NCBI GenBank assembly: GCA_020137815.1 | Contig: CM035355.1 | Coordinates: forward strand, 8,308,001-8,372,000 | Direction of reading: 5' to 3' | Origin: Hormiphora californensis | Lineage: Eukaryota; Animalia; Ctenophora | Length of the DNA stretch: 64,000 nucleotides | The notes under the pieces: generated by a model | What the model saw: only the letters and a program-made list of their open reading frames with translations | Told to the model about the DNA's origin: nothing | Database searches by the model: none | Shown here: positions 14,501 to 26,200 of the stretch, one piece after another | How positions within the stretch are numbered: the first letter of the stretch is position 1 | Layout of the letters: each line of letters opens with the position of its first letter | Position numbers and translations under genes: made by a program

Positions 14501-14976
14501 GAGACACTTTGCTTAACAAACAGCTAGCAACTATGTATTTGCAGTGACTGACCTGTACATGTAATTCGAAGGGAGCTCTGCTTTTCTCAATACTGGCGTA
14601 TATGATGGAAATTAGGGATAAAAGAACTAAAGTAACAGCTACCTACAATCGATATCTTCTTCTCTTTTGACATTGAACTAATTTTCCCCATCATCGAATG
14701 AGAGTGAGCAGTGACCACCAGCACCATGAGAGTGCCCGTGCCCGTCTGCGTGGCTGTGCCCGTGCCCATCTGCGTGACTGTGTCCGTGCCCCCGGGTACC
14801 CTGAGAGGACAATATCTGTTACAAGTTGTAGTTCGTATGGAACCACAAAACACGGATGAATAATGACTGTTGTTCACACTCACGTGGCTATGTGAATGTG
14901 AGTTGACTTCTTCTACTGCTTCGTCTTCAAAGTTTGAATAGGGAAGACTCGTTAGCTGACGAAGATTATCTACCAT
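202..14976 (-). CDS. Multi-exon GH31 alpha-glucosidase-like gene (maltase-glucoamylase/sucrase-isomaltase/GAA type: N-terminal membrane anchor, trefoil-like Cys domain, GH31 barrel); probably catalytically inactive; 3' end uncertain
   Basis: Exons read manually with GT-AG ends: [13 protein letters not shown] (~14164-14307), [12 protein letters not shown] (~13402-13590), [28 protein letters not shown] (11475-11590), [16 protein letters not shown] (5759-5869), VFPDYFHP...[10 protein letters not shown] (3089-3254), HSDVHNIYG (~2816-2968), [15 protein letters not shown] (2350-2489), [12 protein letters not shown]...[13 protein letters not shown] (~1618-1852), YFPGG...WYD...IPTFIRGG (~1111-1308). 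A few apparent single-base frameshifts. Confidence 0.9.
334..686 (-). repeat. ~7 copies of a 49-bp tandem repeat made from a GH31 3' splice site plus exon start
   Basis: Minus-strand unit ...ctcacatgtacattaccccAG|GACATGTAC(cagac); the leftmost copy is the real acceptor (exon starts 345, [10 protein letters not shown]). Confidence 0.9.
4095..4556. mobile_element. Palindromic MITE-like element in a GH31 intron
   Basis: Ends G(n)TGCAGCCC... / ...GGGCTGCAC(n); T-rich GATCGTTTTT repeats mirrored by AAAAACGATC repeats; flanked by catcata on both sides (possible TSD). Confidence 0.55.
5850..11070 (-). repeat. ~5.2-kb array (~130 copies, ~39 bp) of a GH31 3' splice site plus first ~18 nt of exon
   Basis: Minus-strand unit accacccctcaccccccctgtAG|ATTGGTGCGCCCTTCCT; the terminal copy (ctatAG, exon starts 5869) continues as [13 protein letters not shown]. 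Confidence 0.95.
11600..12235 (-). repeat. ~10 copies of a ~65-bp intronic repeat abutting the acceptor of the IVLNPYP exon
   Basis: Minus-strand unit cccacttccctcatctcaccctgctccccctccccccagttctgcgacccttgttaacccctcct ends directly at the true pyrimidine tract tctctcAG (11591-11592). Confidence 0.9.
14410..14498. repeat. (GA)n microsatellite, intronic
   Basis: Direct reading. Confidence 0.95.
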
Positions 14977-15023
14977 TATTAAAGGAATCTAAAGCTAAAA
15001 TAGTTTGTGGTGATAGGGATTTT

Positions 15024-16696
15024 ATAATAATAATAATAATAATCAATACATTTAATATACCGCTTAATAGTGTTAAAAATAAATGGTTCACTACCGGGGT
15101 TAACGGATAAACGTTATACCATTTACCACTTTCTAAAGCGGTAGTTGCCTACCCAAAAGAAGAATGTTGTAGAACAGACTCCCCTCAGATAGGAACTATA
15201 TGCCAGTAGATAAGTGTGTGCATTGGCCATTGAGTTTTAAAAATATTTAATAAGAGAATAATTAATTAATTAATTTGATATGAGTAAATACTGTTAATTA
15301 ATAGTTTAATCAAGATAAAATCAGAGTTATATTGTACAGGTGATCAGATTAATTTAAAATAAGTCAGATAAGATTTACAGTTGGTATAAAAATAAATTAT
15401 AAAAATAAACTATGTTATGTATTAAAAAACAGCCCGTAAAAAACTAGAAAAGGTAAAAAAAATTACGTCAGGATAAAGTAAATTACTGAAGATGCTAACA
15501 GATGGGTGAGTGAAGTGAACGATGGAGACTAATATATACTGTGCTATCTAATTATAGACTTTATCGAAAAGGTGGGTCTTTAATCGCTTCTTAAACACTT
15601 CAGTAGAATCTGACTCTCGGATATCTCTAGGGAGGCTATTCCATAGTTTAGGAGCACAAATGCTAAATGCCTTAGTGGTGGATGAATACTTATGCCTGTG
15701 CGATATCTGAAGAAGTGTAGAGTCACTGTTGGCTCGAAGGGTCTTTGTCTTAGGCGTTCGAAGAGGAATGAGGTCACTGATGTAGCTTGGAGCGAGGCCA
15801 TTGATGCCTTTATAAGCCATGAGGCAAATCTTGAAGTGAATTCTGGATTTTATAGGCAAGAAGTGAAGATCTTTCCTCATCTGGGTGACTCCTCTGCGCT
15901 TCCGAGTTCCATAGATAAATCTCACAGCGCTGTTCTGGATCTTCTGCAGCCTGGAGATGTCTCGCTCAGTTATACCAAACAATAGAGCATTCCCGTAATC
16001 TAAACGAGAGTGAATCAAGGTGTGAACCAGCTTAATCTTCAGCTTTTTAGGTAACTTCTTAGCTATTCTCCAAAGGTTCAGTAACTGGATGTTACAGGCC
16101 TGAACTACCTTTGAGATATGGCTCGACATCGAGAGAAGTGGATCAAAATAAATTCCGAGGTTTCTTGCTGAGAAAGTGCACTTGATTCCCGTTTCAGTCG
16201 TGGTAGCTACAGGATCCTCATTAGGCTCGAGTATAATTGAAACAGGATTTGTTGATTTATCTGCCTTGTTGTTCAGAATGAGTACCTCCGTTTTTCCGGC
16301 GTTCAGCTTGAGGTAGTTCGATCTCATCCACAACTTGATGTCCTTTATGCAGTTCTGGAGTGTGGCAACGACTGTATTGAAACTGTTAGGTGTGAAGCTC
16401 GTATATATTTGAGTATCATCGGCAAAGAGATGAATATTGAGCCCGTGCTTTTCAGCGATCTTCTGCAGTTCTCTCGTATACATGATGAAGAGGATGGGGC
16501 CAAGTATACTTCCCTGAGGCACTCCTATTTCTACATCGATAGACTCTGACCTACAGTTTCCAATCTGAACCGAAGTAGACCTACCTCGTAGATATGAGCC
16601 GAACCAAGCTAGTACATTGCCTCTGATTCTGTACTGACTCTCGAGCTTGCGAAGCAGTGCAGCATGTGAGACCGTGTCGAACGCAGCGCTGAGATT
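15024..16696 (-). mobile_element. 5'-truncated non-LTR retrotransposon (L2/CR1-like LINE): C-terminal RT ORF, 3' UTR and (TTA)n tail
   Basis: LSAAFDTVSH...VPQGSILGPILF...HLFADDTQIY...LKLNAGKTE...SRLDYGNALL...LQKIQNSAVRFI...APKLWNSLP...FKKRLKTHLF; stop at 15548; tail (taa)n on + at ~15025-15041, just upstream of the GH31 ATG. Confidence 0.93.
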
Positions 16697-17295
16697 GGGC
16701 GTACTTCATACCTGGATCACCAAAAATTGCAAAATCTTTAGATTAACACCTTAATATATTTAAGAATTTAATGTGGTATTAAATACTATTCTTAAAGCTA
16801 AAAGAATACCGAAATTGACGAAGTAACTTCGTTCCTTTAAAAAAAAACCGTGATTTGAATTTTGAAAATAAAAAACGATTTCAAAAACTCGGCGTCCGAG
16901 TGTTTTTAATTAACAGAGCGCGCGCGGCGTTTAAATGTTTTGCGCAGGGCAGAGCATATTATCAAAATTACGCGCGTTACGTAGAATATCCAAGTCTGTT
17001 GGTTCCCACACTGGCCCCAGTGCGAAAGACAGCCTGTGTGACATAGTAAGGACCACCCTAATACCCATCGGTTAAGTTAAACAAGTGATAGAATATCGGA
17101 TATAGCTGTCAGGAAATGTTAAAGATAAATAAACACATTGCAAACAAACAAAATCTCAAATCACAAACAGAATATGATCTCTCCTAGCTCCTTCAAAAAC
17201 ATGTGTCGACTGCAAACACCGAAAAGCATGCATTACATTCTGATTTCCCACCGTATAACGTATATTCTATACAGTAAACATCAAATTAACAACTC

Positions 17296-20200
17296 CTAAT
17301 CTAAACCAACTAAAATCTGTCCGATAGTCCCATAACTAAACTTCTTATTTGTCAACAGGTTCTCGATATGTAGCTCTCCAATTTCCCACACTCCCGACTT
17401 GATGGGTAGGAGGTCCAATGTGACGTCAATAAATGAACAGGGGAATATCTCACCCACCACTTTCTTCGTATCACCTATCCAGATCACTCCTGTGGGAAGA
17501 AGAATTGAATTCATTGCAGTTTAGGGTGAACTGTGGAAATCACTGACAACTCATTAAAAAAATTATTTAGGACCTAACTACCCCCTATTGCTATTGTAAC
17601 AAGTTCCCACTAACCGGCGTTTGGTAGCTGAGAGAGGGTCAGGTGGAGGTTGTATTTCCTGTCTGTAGTGTTTCTTAGTCTCAGCAGTAGACTGAATTGT
17701 TTATTGGTTGTTATCAAGTGCGGCATACTCTGAACCGTCACCACCAACTCTCCTGTTATAGTGGGATTAGTTAGTTATAGTGGGGGTAGTTAGTCAGTTA
17801 AATAAAATGGTTAGAGCCTGGAGGTATGTTCTAGAATATCTGGGTACATTGGGGATGGATGTAACCACTAACCGCACTATAAATTACCTTGGGGCTGGAT
17901 AAGTCGTTGCAGCTGAGAAGATTGAATCCTTCCTTTCTCTCCAAAGTTACTTAACCACCCAATATCCAACTTGCCCACTGATGAAACACCCTGTGAAGTG
18001 ATTGTTGTTGTAATGTAGGGAATGGGACGAGTGTTCATAACATACTTTGTAACGCAGTGACCTAAGACCCTTCTCCTGGTATTTAGGAGCTACTACAAAA
18101 ACAAGTACTTCCATCATGTACAGAAACATTTTCTAAGTTAGGGTACTGGATACTGCCACATACCTTAACATTTGCTTTCTCGTGAGCATCTAGTTTGGGT
18201 GTCAATTTGAACACGTATTGCCACGTATCTTCAGGGTTAATGTAGTCACTCTCAGCAAATATAGAGTCCCCGCTGAAAGGGGGTGAAGGGTTGTTGAGTA
18301 AGGGGGTAATAAGCCTACAAACCCCCCTCCCGGGTAATACTTGAAAGGGGTAACTTTCAGGAGACTTCATCAGTGGACAAACAAGTTGTTGTCCCAACTC
18401 ACTTTTCTAGGAAGTTAAGATCGGTGACATTATAGATTGCTGAGGGTACCAGTGCCACTTTCTGCATGTGGAGTGAGTGAGGGGTTGTGTTGGTAACTGC
18501 TGCCTCTAGAAATATCTCATCATCCTGAGGAGACAATTACTCAATTAGTTGAGTAATTAATTAACTAGTTGAGTAATTCTTGACTTTGTATTTTAATTGG
18601 TAGCTTGGTACTACGAAACTGTCTGGCGGCGCCGAACCGATCTGAGCGCACTGTCCAGAATCAAAATAGGGCACCAGAGGGATGTGGGAGCTAGTAGCTA
18701 CGTCAAAAAAGTGGGAGCTATATTGTGTCAAACACGCAATTACCGGTGTAGGGAAGAACTTGGTTCTAATATCAAGTGGTTTCAGAACTTGGAACTTGTA
18801 GTACTTTCTAAACATAAGCTTCTCTCCTGATGTGTTGATGTAGCTGACAGAACACACCAGCCTGGTGGGGAGGTAATGAACAATATTATGGGAATTCGGG
18901 GGAAGGGAGGAACACACTAGCCTGGTGGAAGAGATAGGGATGGGTGAGGTGACTGGAGGCCTGGGAAAGAGAGGGAGGTCAGAGAGTGACCTGAGAAAGA
19001 GATGTGAGAAAGAGATGTGAGGGAGGGGGGTGAGGAAGATATAAGGGGGATTAGAAATGAGAATCATGTAACAGTAGGATAAGGTTTTGATATTTCTCGT
19101 CAAGAACTCACAATTGTCCACCCAATTCCTTCACTTCATGATTAATAACCTCACTGATATTGTCCCCTGGTACCAGTTTACTGACCATCGCCTGTCCGGT
19201 TGGATTACTAAGGGGCATCCTCTGGGAGGACGTCTGCAGGTCCGTCTGAGAGGGGATTAATTATGGGTTTATTTTTCCCTGGCCCCATTTTGATTTATAT
19301 ACCCTGAATCCTGATACAAATGAGACAGCGGCTACAAGGTAAGAGAGGAGAGAGGGGATGGATAGATAGAGGAAGAAGGAGAAGGAGAAGGATAAGGAAT
19401 AGAGTGCTACCATACCAATCCCCCTGCTATATGATTTATTTGACCTACCTTAAGGACAACATCTCTCACGGTTTGGTTGCTTTCATTTTGAACGTTTACA
19501 AAGGAAGAGAACGTCTCCCCCAGATATATACTACCACAGTTCTGGGGCACTGTTAGGATCTGAAGGGGGGGGGGGGGGGGCACTGTTAGGATCTGAGGGG
19601 GGGGGGGGGGGCACTGTTAGAATCTGAGGGGGGGGGGCACTGTTAGGATCTGGGGGGGGGGGGGCACTGTTAGGATCTGGGGGGGGGGGGGCACTGTTAG
19701 GATCTGAGGGGGGGGGGGGGGGGGGGGGGGCCCTTTGTTGGGGGGGGGGGGACTTTAGGATCGGGGGGGGGGGGGGGGAGAATTGGGGGGGGGGGGCCCA
19801 ATGGGAAATTGGGGGGGGGGGGGGCCCGGAAAGGGGGGGGGGGGCCCGTTAGGAGGGGGGGGGGGGGCCCTGTTAAACTGGGGAGGGGGGGGGGGCACGT
19901 TGTATAGGGGGGGGGGGGGGGGGGGGGGGGGGGCAATGTTAGGTCAGGGGGGGGGGGGGCACTGTTAGGTGGGGGGGGGGGGGGTTAGTCGGGGGGGGGG
20001 GAGGGGGGGGGGGGGGCAGTTGGGGGGGGGGGGGGGGGGTTAGGTTGGGGGGGGGGGGGGACGTTGGGTGGGGGGGGGGGGGGCGGGATTGGGGGGGGGG
20101 GTTTAGGGGGGGGGGGGGGGGCATTGTTAGGATCGGGGGGGGGGGGGCAGTGGAGGGGGGGGGGGGGGGTGGGGGGGGGGGGGGAAGTTGAGGGGGGGGG

Positions 20201-23200
20201 GGGGGGGGTGGACTGGGGGGGGGGGGCCGTTGAACTGGGGGGGGGGGGGGCAATTTAGGTTTGGGGGGGGGGGGGGGGCCGTTGGTTTGAGGGGGGGGGG
20301 GGCATTTTGGGGAGGGGGGGGGGAGGGTTGGATGGGGGGGGGGGGTTTGAGGGGGGGGGGGGGGCACTGTTAGGATCTGGGGGGGGGGGGGCACTGTAGG
20401 ATCTGGGGGGGGGGGGGCACTGTTGGATCTGGGGGGGGGGGGGCACATGTGAGGTTGGGGGGGGGGGGCATGTTAGGATCGGGGGGGGGAAAATGGTCTG
20501 GGGGGGGGGGGCGCAATGGGGGGGGGGGGGGAGGTTGGTGGGGGGGGGGGGGGGAAGTAGGTGGAGGGGGGGGGGGGGGGAGTGGGGGGGGGGGGGGGGG
20601 GGGCACTGTTGTCTGAGGGGGGGGGGGCACTGTTAGGATCTGGGGGGCGGGGGGGGCGCACTGTCAGGATCTGGGGGGGGGGGGGGGGACTGGGGGGGTT
20701 GGATCTGGGGGGGGGGGGGACTGTTAGGATTGGGGGGGGGGTGCCTGTTAGGGGGGGGGGGGGGGGGCATTGGGGGGGGGGGGGCGTTAGGATCTGGGGG
20801 GGGGGGGGCAGTGGATGGGGGGGGGGGGGGGGGCGGGAGGGGGGGGGGGGGCATAGATGGGATCGGGGGGGGGGCATGTTGGGTTTGGGGGGGGGGGGGG
20901 GGCCTGTGGCTGGGGGGGGGGGGGGGCGGGGATTGGGGGGGGGGGGGGACTGGGGATTGGGGGGGGGGGGGGGGGGGGCACGTGGATTGAGGGGGGGGGG
21001 GGGGCGTTAGGATGGGGGGGGGGGGGCGTGGATCTGGGGGGGGGGGGGACTGTCAGGGTGGGGGGGGGGGGGAGGTTGGACGGGGGGGGGGGGGGGTGAT
21101 TGAGGGGGGGGGGGGGTGGTTTGGGGGGGGGGGGGGGTGGGGGGGGGATTGGAGGGGGGGGGGGGGGGGGCAGTTAGGATTGAGGGGGGGGGGGTTGGAT
21201 GAGGGGGGGGGGGGCACGGTGGGGGGGGGGGGGGGGGGGGGGGGGGCCTGTTAGGGGGGGGGGGGGGGGGCACTGTAGGATCTGGGGGGGGGGGGCCTGT
21301 TAGGATTCTGGGGGGGGGGGGAGGGGGGGGGGGGGAATTTAGGATCTGGGGGGGGGGGCAAGTTAGGATCTGGGGGGGGGGGGGGGGTTAGGAGGGGGGG
21401 GGGGGGGGCCACTGGGTTAGGGGGGGGGGGGGGGCCTTCTGGATGGGGGGGGGGGGGGCACTGTTAGGATCGGGGGGGGGGGGGTGGCGTTAGGGTGGGG
21501 GGGGGGGGGGCGTTAGGATCGAGGGGGGGGGGCAGGTTAGATGGGGGGGGGGGGGGGGAAGTTAGGATCTGGGGGGGGGGGCGGGCATGGTTGGTGGGGG
21601 GGGGGGGCAAGTGATCTGGGGGGGGGGGGGGGGGGGGGGGAGGAGGGATTGGGGGGGGGGGGGGGGGTAGGATTGGGGGGGGGGGGGGGGCCCACTGTAG
21701 ATAGGATGGGGGGGGGGGGCCTGGGGGGGGGGGGGGGGTGGATTGGAGGGGGGGGGGGGGGCACTGTTAGGAGGGGGGGGGGCGTTGGTTGAGGGGGGGG
21801 GGGGGGGGCACTGGATTGAGGGGGGGAGGGGGGGGGGGGAGGGGGACTGTAGGATTGAGGGGGGGGGGGGAGGATCTGGGGGGGGGGGGGAGGGGTGGAG
21901 GGGGGGGGGGGACGGAGGGGGGGGGGGGGTTGGATGGGGGGGGGGGGGCACTGTTAGGATCTGAGGGGGGGGGGGACTGTTAGGATCTGAGGGGGGGGGG
22001 ACGGGGGGGGGGGGGGGGGCACTGTTGGCATTGAGGGGGGGGGGGGGAGGGGGGGGGGGGGCACGTTAGGATCTGAGGGGGGGGGGGGGCACTGTTAGGA
22101 TCTAGGGGGGGGGGGGGGAGGGGGGGCTGGGGGGGGGGGGGGGCACTGTTGGATTGGGGGGGGGGGGGCACTGTAGGATCGGGGGGGGGGGGGGTTGGTG
22201 GGGGGGGGGGGGGGGGGGGGGGGGGGGGATCGGAGGGGGGGGGACTGTTAGATCTGAGGGGGGGGGGGTGTTAGGATCTGAGGGGGGGGGGGAGGTTTGG
22301 AGGGGGGGGGGGGGGCCATGTTAGATCTGGGGGGGGGGGGGGGCGTTGGATCGGGGGGGGGGGGGCCTGTTGGTTGGGGGGGGGGGAGGGGGGGGTCGGG
22401 GGGGGGGGGACTGTTGGATTGGGGGGGGGGGCATGTAGGATCTGAGGGGGGGGGGCCTTTGGAGGGGGGGAGTGGAGGGGGGGCGTTAGGATCTGGGGGG
22501 GGGGGGGGCTGTTAGGATCTGAGGGGGGGGGGGGGGCACATTTGAATGGGGGGGGGGGGGGGTTGGGGGGGGGGGAGGAGCGGGGGGGGGGCCGTTGGAA
22601 CTGAGGGGGGGGGGGAGGCACTGTTAGGATCTGGGGGGGGGGGCACTGTTAGGATCTGGGGGGGGGGGGGCACTGTTAGTATCTGAGGGGGGGGGGGGCA
22701 TGTAGAATCTGAGGGGGGGGGGGGGCACTGTTAGGATTGAGGGGGGGGGGGGCACTGTTAGGATCTGGGGGGGGGGGGGCACTGTTAGGATCTGAGGGGG
22801 GGGGGGGGCACTGTTAGGATCTGGGGGGGGGGGCACTGTTAGGATCTGAGGGGGGGGGGGCACTGTTAGGATCTGAGGGGGGGGGGGGCACTGTTAGGAT
22901 CTGAGGGGGGGGGGGGCACTGTTAGGATCTGAGGGGGGGGGGCACTGTTAGGATCTGGGGGGGGGGGCACTGTTAGTATCTGAGGGGGGGGGGGCACATG
23001 TTAGGATCTGAGGGGGGGGGGGCACGTTAGGATCTTGGGGGGGGGCACCTGTTAGGATCTGAGGGGGGGGGGGCACGGTTAGGATCTGAGGGGGGGGGGG
23101 CCACTGTTAGGATCGGAGGGGGGGGGCAGGTCCACTGTTAGGACTGGCGGGGAGGGGGGCACTGTTAGGATCTGGGGCGGGGGGGGGGAACTGTTAGGAT

Positions 23201-26200
23201 CTGAGGGGGGGGCACTGTGTTTAGGACTTGAGGTGGGGGGGGCATGTTAGGATCTGGGGGGGGGGGGCACTGGTTAGGATCTGAAGGGGGGGGGGGGGGG
23301 CACTGTTAGGATCTGAGGGGGGGGGGGCACTGTTAGGATCTGGGGGGGGGGGGGGGGGCACTGTTAGGATCTGGGGGGGGGGGGGGGCACTGTTAGGATC
23401 TGGGGGGGGGGGGGGGGCACTGTTAGGATCTGAGGGGGGGGGTGCACTGTTAGGATCGGGGGGGGGGGGGGCACTGTTAGGATCTGGGGGGGGGGGCACT
23501 GTTAGGATCTGGGGGGGGGGGGGGGCACTGTTAGGATCTGGGGGGGGGGGCACTGTTAGGATCTGGGGGGGAGGGGGGCACTGTTAGGATCTGAGGGGGG
23601 GGGGGGCACTGTTAGGATCTGGGGGGGGGGGCACTGTTAGGATCTGGGGGGGGGGGGGGGCACTGTTAGGATCTGGGGGGGGGGGCACTGTTAGGATCTG
23701 ATGGGGGGGGGCACTGTTAGGATCTGAGGGGGGGGGGGGGGGGCACTGTTAGGATCTGAGGGGGGGGGGGGGGCACTGTTAGGATCTGAGGGGGGGGGGC
23801 ACTGTTAGGATCTGGGGGGGGGGGGCACTGTTAGGATCTGAGGGGGGGGGGGGGGGCACTGTTAGGATCTGGGGGGGGGGGGCACCGTCAGGATCTGAGG
23901 GGGGGGGGTGCACTGTTAGGATCTGGGGCGCGACACATACATTAAACTATTGTCAAGATGAATTTCAGATCAAATCAGGATGTTGTATCCGGTTGTATGT
24001 GGTAAATGGTGAAATAAATGGTAAAATAATGATCCGACTGATCTACCTCTCCAAAAGGGAAGTTCTCTATCTTTGGGAGGACGGCAATATCTTTCTCTCT
24101 CAGTGCCATTAGTTCCTCTCCGCAACAGTCTTTAGGTTCAACCTGCCAACAGATGGATGAGTATTTAGACAGAAAGAGAGACTGAGAGACAGAGAGACAT
24201 AAGGAGAGACAGACAAACAGACAGACAGCTACATACCTGTAAGGGCCAGCTGGGTATGACAGACAGCTACCTACCTGTAAAGGCCAGCTGGGTATGATGG
24301 CAGGTTTTGATATACAAACAGACAGACAGCTACCTGTAAGGGCCAGCTGGGTATGATGGCAGGTTTTGATATACAAACAGACAGACAGCTACCTGTAAAG
24401 GCCAGCTGGGTATGATGGCAGGTTTTGATATACAAACAAACAGACAGACAGCTATACCTGTAAAGGCCAGCTCGGAATGATGGCAGGTTTAGATATACAA
24501 ACAGACAGACAGCTATACCTGTAAAGGCCAGCTGGGAATGATGGCAGGTTTTGATATACAAACAGACAGACAGCTACCTGTAAGGGCCAGCTGGGTATGA
24601 TGGCAGGTTTTGATATACAAACAGACAGACAGCTACCTGTAAAGGCCAGCTGGGTATGATGGCAGGTTTTGATATACAAACAGACAGACAGCTATACCTG
24701 TAAGGGCCAGCTGGGAATGATGGCAGGTTTTGATATACAAACAGACAGACAGCTACATACCTGTAAAGGCCAGCTGGGTATGATGGCAGGTTTTGATATA
24801 CAAACAGACAGACAGCTACATACCTGTAAAGGCCAGCTGGGTATGATGGCAGGTTTTGATATACAAACAGACAGACAGCTACCTGTAAGGGCCAGCTGGG
24901 TATGATGGCAGGTTTTGATATACAAACAGACAGACAGCTACCTGTAAAGGCCAGCTGGGTATGATGGCAGGTTTTGATATACAAACAGACAGACAGCTAC
25001 CTGTAAAGGCCAGCTGGGTATGATGGCAGGTTTTGATATACAAACAGACAGACAGCTACATACCTGTAAAGGCCAGCTGGGAATGATGGCAGGTTTTGCT
25101 ATACAGACAGACATGACAGCTACCTGTAAAGGCCAGCTGGGTATGATGGCAGGTTTTGATATACAAACAGACAGACAGCTATACCTGTAAAGGCCAGCTG
25201 GGTATGATGGCAGGTTTTGATATACAAACAGACAGACAGCTACATACCTGTAAAGGCCAGCTGGGAATGATGGCAGGTTTTGATATACAGACAGACAGAC
25301 AGCTACCTGTAAAGGCCAGCTGGGAATGATGGCAGGTTTTGATATACAAACAGACAGACAGCTACATACCTGTAAAGGCCAGCTGGGTATGACAGACAGA
25401 CAAGCAGACAGACAGACAGCTACATACCTGTAAAGGCCAGCTGGGTATGATGGCAGGTTTTGATATACAAACAGACAGACAGCTACCTGTAAAGGCCAGC
25501 TGGGTATGATGGCAGGTTTTGATATACAAACAGACAGACAGCTACCTGTAAGGGCCAGCTGGGTATGATGGCAGGTTTTGATATACAAACAGACAGACAG
25601 CTACCTGTAAGGGCCAGCTGGGTATGATGGCAGGTTTTGATATACAAACAGACAGACAGCTACCTGTAAGGGCCAGCTGGGTATGATGGCAGGTTTTGAT
25701 ATACAAACAGACAGACAGCTACCTGTAAGGGCCAGCTGGGAATGATGGCAGGTTTTGATATACAAACAGACAGACAGCTACCTGTAAGGGCCAGCTGGGA
25801 ATGATGACAGGTTTTGATATACAAACAGACAGACAGCTACCTGTAAAGGCCAGCTGGGAATGATGGCAGGTTTTGATATACAAACAGACAGACAGCTACC
25901 TGTAAAGGCCAGCTGGGTATGATGGCAGGTTTTGATATACAAACAGACAGACAGCTACATACCTGTAAAGGCCAGCTGGGAATGATGGCAGGTTTTGATA
26001 TACAGACAGACAGACAGCTACCTGTAAAGGCCAGCTGGGAATGATGGCAGGTTTTGATATACAGACAGACAGACAGCTACCTGTAAAGGCCAGCTCGGAA
26101 TGATGGCAGGTTTTGATATACAAACAGACATGACAGCTATACCTGTAAGGGCCAGCTGGGTATGATGGCAGGTTTTGATATACAGACAGACAGACAGCTA

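Noticed and set aside
19697-23553. Poly-Pro/poly-Gly ORFs resembling extensins or formins
   Set aside because: Noisy homopolymer array within a TRAPPC13 intron.
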